Shown in pieces: positions 60,555-64,000 of a DNA stretch of 64,000 nucleotides. The stretch spans positions 3,658,001 through 3,722,000 of the forward strand of contig JAYWIR010000013.1 in NCBI GenBank assembly GCA_036172245.1, in the 5' to 3' direction. Made by a program: the position numbers and the translations under genes. The stretch comes from Raillietiella orientalis (lineage: Eukaryota). The number at the start of each line of letters is the position of its first letter. Within the stretch, counting starts at the first letter, position 1. The notes below the pieces were generated by a model. It searched no databases. It worked only from the letters and a program-made list of their open reading frames with translations, and was not told where the DNA came from.

Positions 60555-63500
60555 GTGAGACGCATTTTCTTCCACGTGGATGGATGGATGGCTAGTGTGG
60601 ATGGTTGGGGAGGGGACGGGCAGAGAGCATTCCCTCCCCCCACCTACCCCGAGCCGTGGGTGTCGCCGGGGGCAACCGGCCGCCGTAGCGACGCATTTCG
60701 GGCGCAACCCGCGTGCGCGCGCGTGCGAGCGTCGACCGCTAGAGAGACGTCGGGCACCATGCGCCCGGGGGGGCGGGGGCGGCGCACCTGGAGAGGGAGC
60801 GTGGCGGCGCCTTTACTTTTCAGTCGCTGTACGGCCTTGTGGCTGTTCCTCGATTTTTTTCTGCTTCTATTTTCCTTCCCACCCCGGGGATGGCCCAATT
60901 CCGCAGGGGAACTCGCTCCGCTGCCCTGAAGGTGAAGGCTTCGGTCAGCTCAGCTAGATGTGACCCAGGATGGTGGTTGAAACGACCGTCGGTATCCGTC
61001 GGCGCCGTTGGTCGTACAGCCCGCAACCCACCGACTGCGGAAGTTTAGAGCCAAAAATGCATCGACGAGTGCTCATCCGTGGATCAATGAACACGCCTGC
61101 CAAGGTTTTCAGTGCGCAAGGCATCGGCTTTTTCTCTCACTTGGTGTTGAGGCGGGAAGCACTGCGGTGTCTTCGGCGGGGTCGCAAGGGATGTCTTATC
61201 ATTATCGGTACAGAATATTAAAAAAAAAAAAAAAAAAAAAAAAGGATTAGGATACCTTGGAATTGTAAGGTAGGCGAGCTTTGAGTATGGTAACCCATCA
61301 GTCACGCTGCTCGTCATCCTCATTATCCTTTCATTACGGATAATGCTTTCGTTTCCACCATTCGGATGTCACGTGTGCACAATATTGTCTCGAAAATGAT
61401 CGTGATCGAAACACTTTTTTTCCATTTTATCATTATGCTTGTTGTGTGCGTGCGCAAGAGGATTAAAAATGAAAGAAAAGAAAAAAGCACGGTTGCCAGC
61501 ATACACACGACGGGATATTGCCCGCACCACCACTCTGCCAAGGATTCCGCACGCGGTGTGAAGAGTGGTGAAATTTCATGATGTTGGCGTGCTGTGAGGG
61601 GTCCACCGCAGATGTGTTTTTTCTGATGAGGACGTAAGCATCTCGAGGTATCTGTTCGTGTTGGAAAATTCATTCTGTGCTTTTCTCTGCACCCTTCCTC
61701 TTGGTTTCTTCTTTTCGAGGACGACCCTCACGCTATTTCGCTCTTCGGTTGTAATCGATACATTTGGAAATATTTTTTGGGGAAAAAATAAGCTCTTATT
61801 ACAAAAAGCTCGAGCTAGCCAAAGAGAAAGTTCCTCTTATTGCTGTTTGTTTAAGTTTCCGTTTGATGGCACACTGCATGTACCTCGATGTGGTGGGTAT
61901 GGATACTTTTGTCTCCACGCCGACCACATCGCGGGAACACGAATTAGGAGCGTTTTTTTTATTAAAACTAGAAACAAGTGAAGCTGACTGAACAGAACCT
62001 CGCACTATTATAGTACTTGAAAAAAAGCCATACATTTAGAAAATACTTTGGGCAGAAGGGAGGGGGTCACTACAGGTTGACCTGTGCAACACCCGAATCA
62101 CCAATCACGTGTTTTTTTCTTGAGTCTCAACACCGTCTTCCTTGGTTTCGTCCTGTTTCGTTTTCTTGGAAGATTACTCCAGGTGTGCCTGCCTTTCCAT
62201 CCTTCTCGAATCTTCTCGTTGGAAGAGCGAGGAGCACTTGCTGCTCGTCGGTTTGGAAAGCTGCGTTTGTATTTTGGTGCGGGCGGTGGAGTTCCCCCAA
62301 GTTGTTTCATTGGCGAGCATCTTCGACCTATCTATGCCAGAAGAAAAAAAAAAAAAGGCACTGCGTTTTGAAAGGACGGTCTCTGCATCACGGGAAATGA
62401 ACTTCTGCTGTTTGAATAGGATAAAGGCTGCATCCTGTTTGTGTGCGATCCGTACGATTACAATCTTAGCAGCACCTTTCTTATTCCCCTCAGCATCGAC
62501 GGCATCCGTGCTAAACAGACAAAGAGCCTCGAGGTATCAGAAGACGTTCTCCAGTCCTTCTTGCTGACAAGTTTGGAGTGACTTCTTATTGCACGGATGC
62601 TGCTCCAAAGAACTGTGTCCGAACGTGTCTTTTTTTTTTTGGTAAAGTCGATAGTGGAAACTACTTTGCGAAACCGCCACTCGGGAGGGGAAATAAACAT
62701 GGATGGAAAGGGGACTTTTTCCAGAAATTGTCCGTTGCCATTTAGAGCACTTGGGAAGTCGGTTAACCTCCATCGTAAGCAGTTGGCGAACGACTAGGCG
62801 TTAGTAGGCGCGAAGATCCGAAATAAGCTGCCCACTGGATGGATTTTGTCGCTCTCGGGAGCGATGTCTTTCCGCCAACTCCGTGGTCGGTCGCCTCTCC
62901 ATTCGTTTGCACGTTCAGGCAGCGAGGAAGACGGCAGCAAAGCATCCGCGTTTCGGAGGGTGATGCACTTCTTCCCAAACCCGAGGCACTCCATTTTTCT
63001 TCCATTCTTCACCATGACAACGCACGGGTACCTGGAAGCTCGCGACTGGCGTTCAAGTAGGATCGTTGGCCGCAACGACCGATTCAGCCGTGAGGACGGA
63101 AGAAGGCAAACCACTGGAGAGACACAACAAATCCAGGATCGAACGTCTTCACGAAAACCTCGCGGAAAGAATGACTTTGGAAACGCTCAACCGTAGAAAT
63201 CCTTGGTTGGATTCCGGGCAGCGGTTCTGCTTGCAAGCAGACAGTGATGGATGCGCGCGCGCGCGTCTTTGGATGGCGGTGTTTTGCTTCCTTTGCCTCT
63301 GGAACCAGGTTTTTGGAACATTGATTCGCACGGGCAAGGGCCTCGTCCCGGCTTTCCGGGAAATCACGTAAAGTGGCGAGCGGTGATGTCGCGAGGAATG
63401 TTCTCGGAGATCTCAGTCGAACCCGCGGGGAGGTTTTCGACGTCCGGCGCACACATGCTCCTTGATAAACTCCAAGGTTAGGGGGATAGCATGTGCTCAG

Positions 63501-64000
63501 GTTGTTGGATGAGAAAGCAGGAACGGGAGACTCTCGGTTGCGTGCTTCATTTGAAACCCGTGCGGGCCCTCCGGAATAAAGCAAATGCTTGGCCCCGCGA
63601 GCCATCGAGCAAGTGGGTGGTCGAAATACGGTTTCAGAAACACGTCGCCCGGAAGCCAGTCACAGGTAAAAGTTGCCTGAAAAAAAGAGAGGGATCATTA
63701 CTGGCAGAAGCCTGGAACTGCGCAGGGAATGGACCACCTATGTGGGGTCTATGCTGCGCACATGGGAGTTTGGTTATGAACATTCCCTGTTGTTAAGGCT
63801 CCATTGAGGTCGCGCGCACTGATGTTCAAAGGAAATTTCCCAGCTGTTCAGTCAAGAACGAAAACTATCATGAGCTCAGGTGGCAAAAAAAAAAAAGAAA
63901 AAAAAAACAAGAGCAGGAGGGTGTTTTAGAACGAGGGGTGGTTGGAAAAAGTGCCTCCCTAGCGTGGTAGCCCGCGATCGAGTCGAGTGGTTTCCGCTCT

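Noticed and set aside
61295..61340. Candidate transketolase exon 2 (CAG|TCAC...)
   Set aside because: It translates as GHAARHPH rather than the conserved GHPTSC, so exon 2 probably lies beyond the window.
61622..61670. CTGATGA, a possible hammerhead ribozyme core (also at ~5213 and ~20835)
   Set aside because: No stem II followed by GAAA and no compatible stems I/III.
55000..64000. Numerous long Arg/Pro/Gly-rich ORFs in GC-rich DNA
   Set aside because: These are stop-poor shadows of high GC content or frameshifted TE remnants. Only the TKT exon has real homology.

Overview
Eukaryotic (invertebrate animal, probably arthropod-like) genomic DNA that alternates between AT-rich intron-containing host genes and GC-rich retrotransposon debris. 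Host genes that can be read from the sequence: the 5' part of glycerol kinase (- strand, runs off the left edge), a complete 19-exon YLPM1/ZAP3 gene (- strand, 14306-31884, about 1153 aa, with one GC-AG intron, a 31-nt microexon and five consecutive 45-57 nt 3n introns), exon 1 of transketolase (+ strand, 60451-60554), a two-exon gene for a putative secreted protein with no recognisable family (9213-9880), and a Ser/Thr-rich orphan ORF (35369-35887). About 3.3-12.4 kb and 37.4-58.6 kb are packed with frameshifted L1/Tx1-clade non-LTR retrotransposon remnants in both orientations. The most notable signal is five diverged copies of one family whose 3' UTRs share a four-hairpin fold with compensatory base changes and no poly(A) tail. 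All element boundaries and family assignments were made by eye and need alignment or HMM confirmation.
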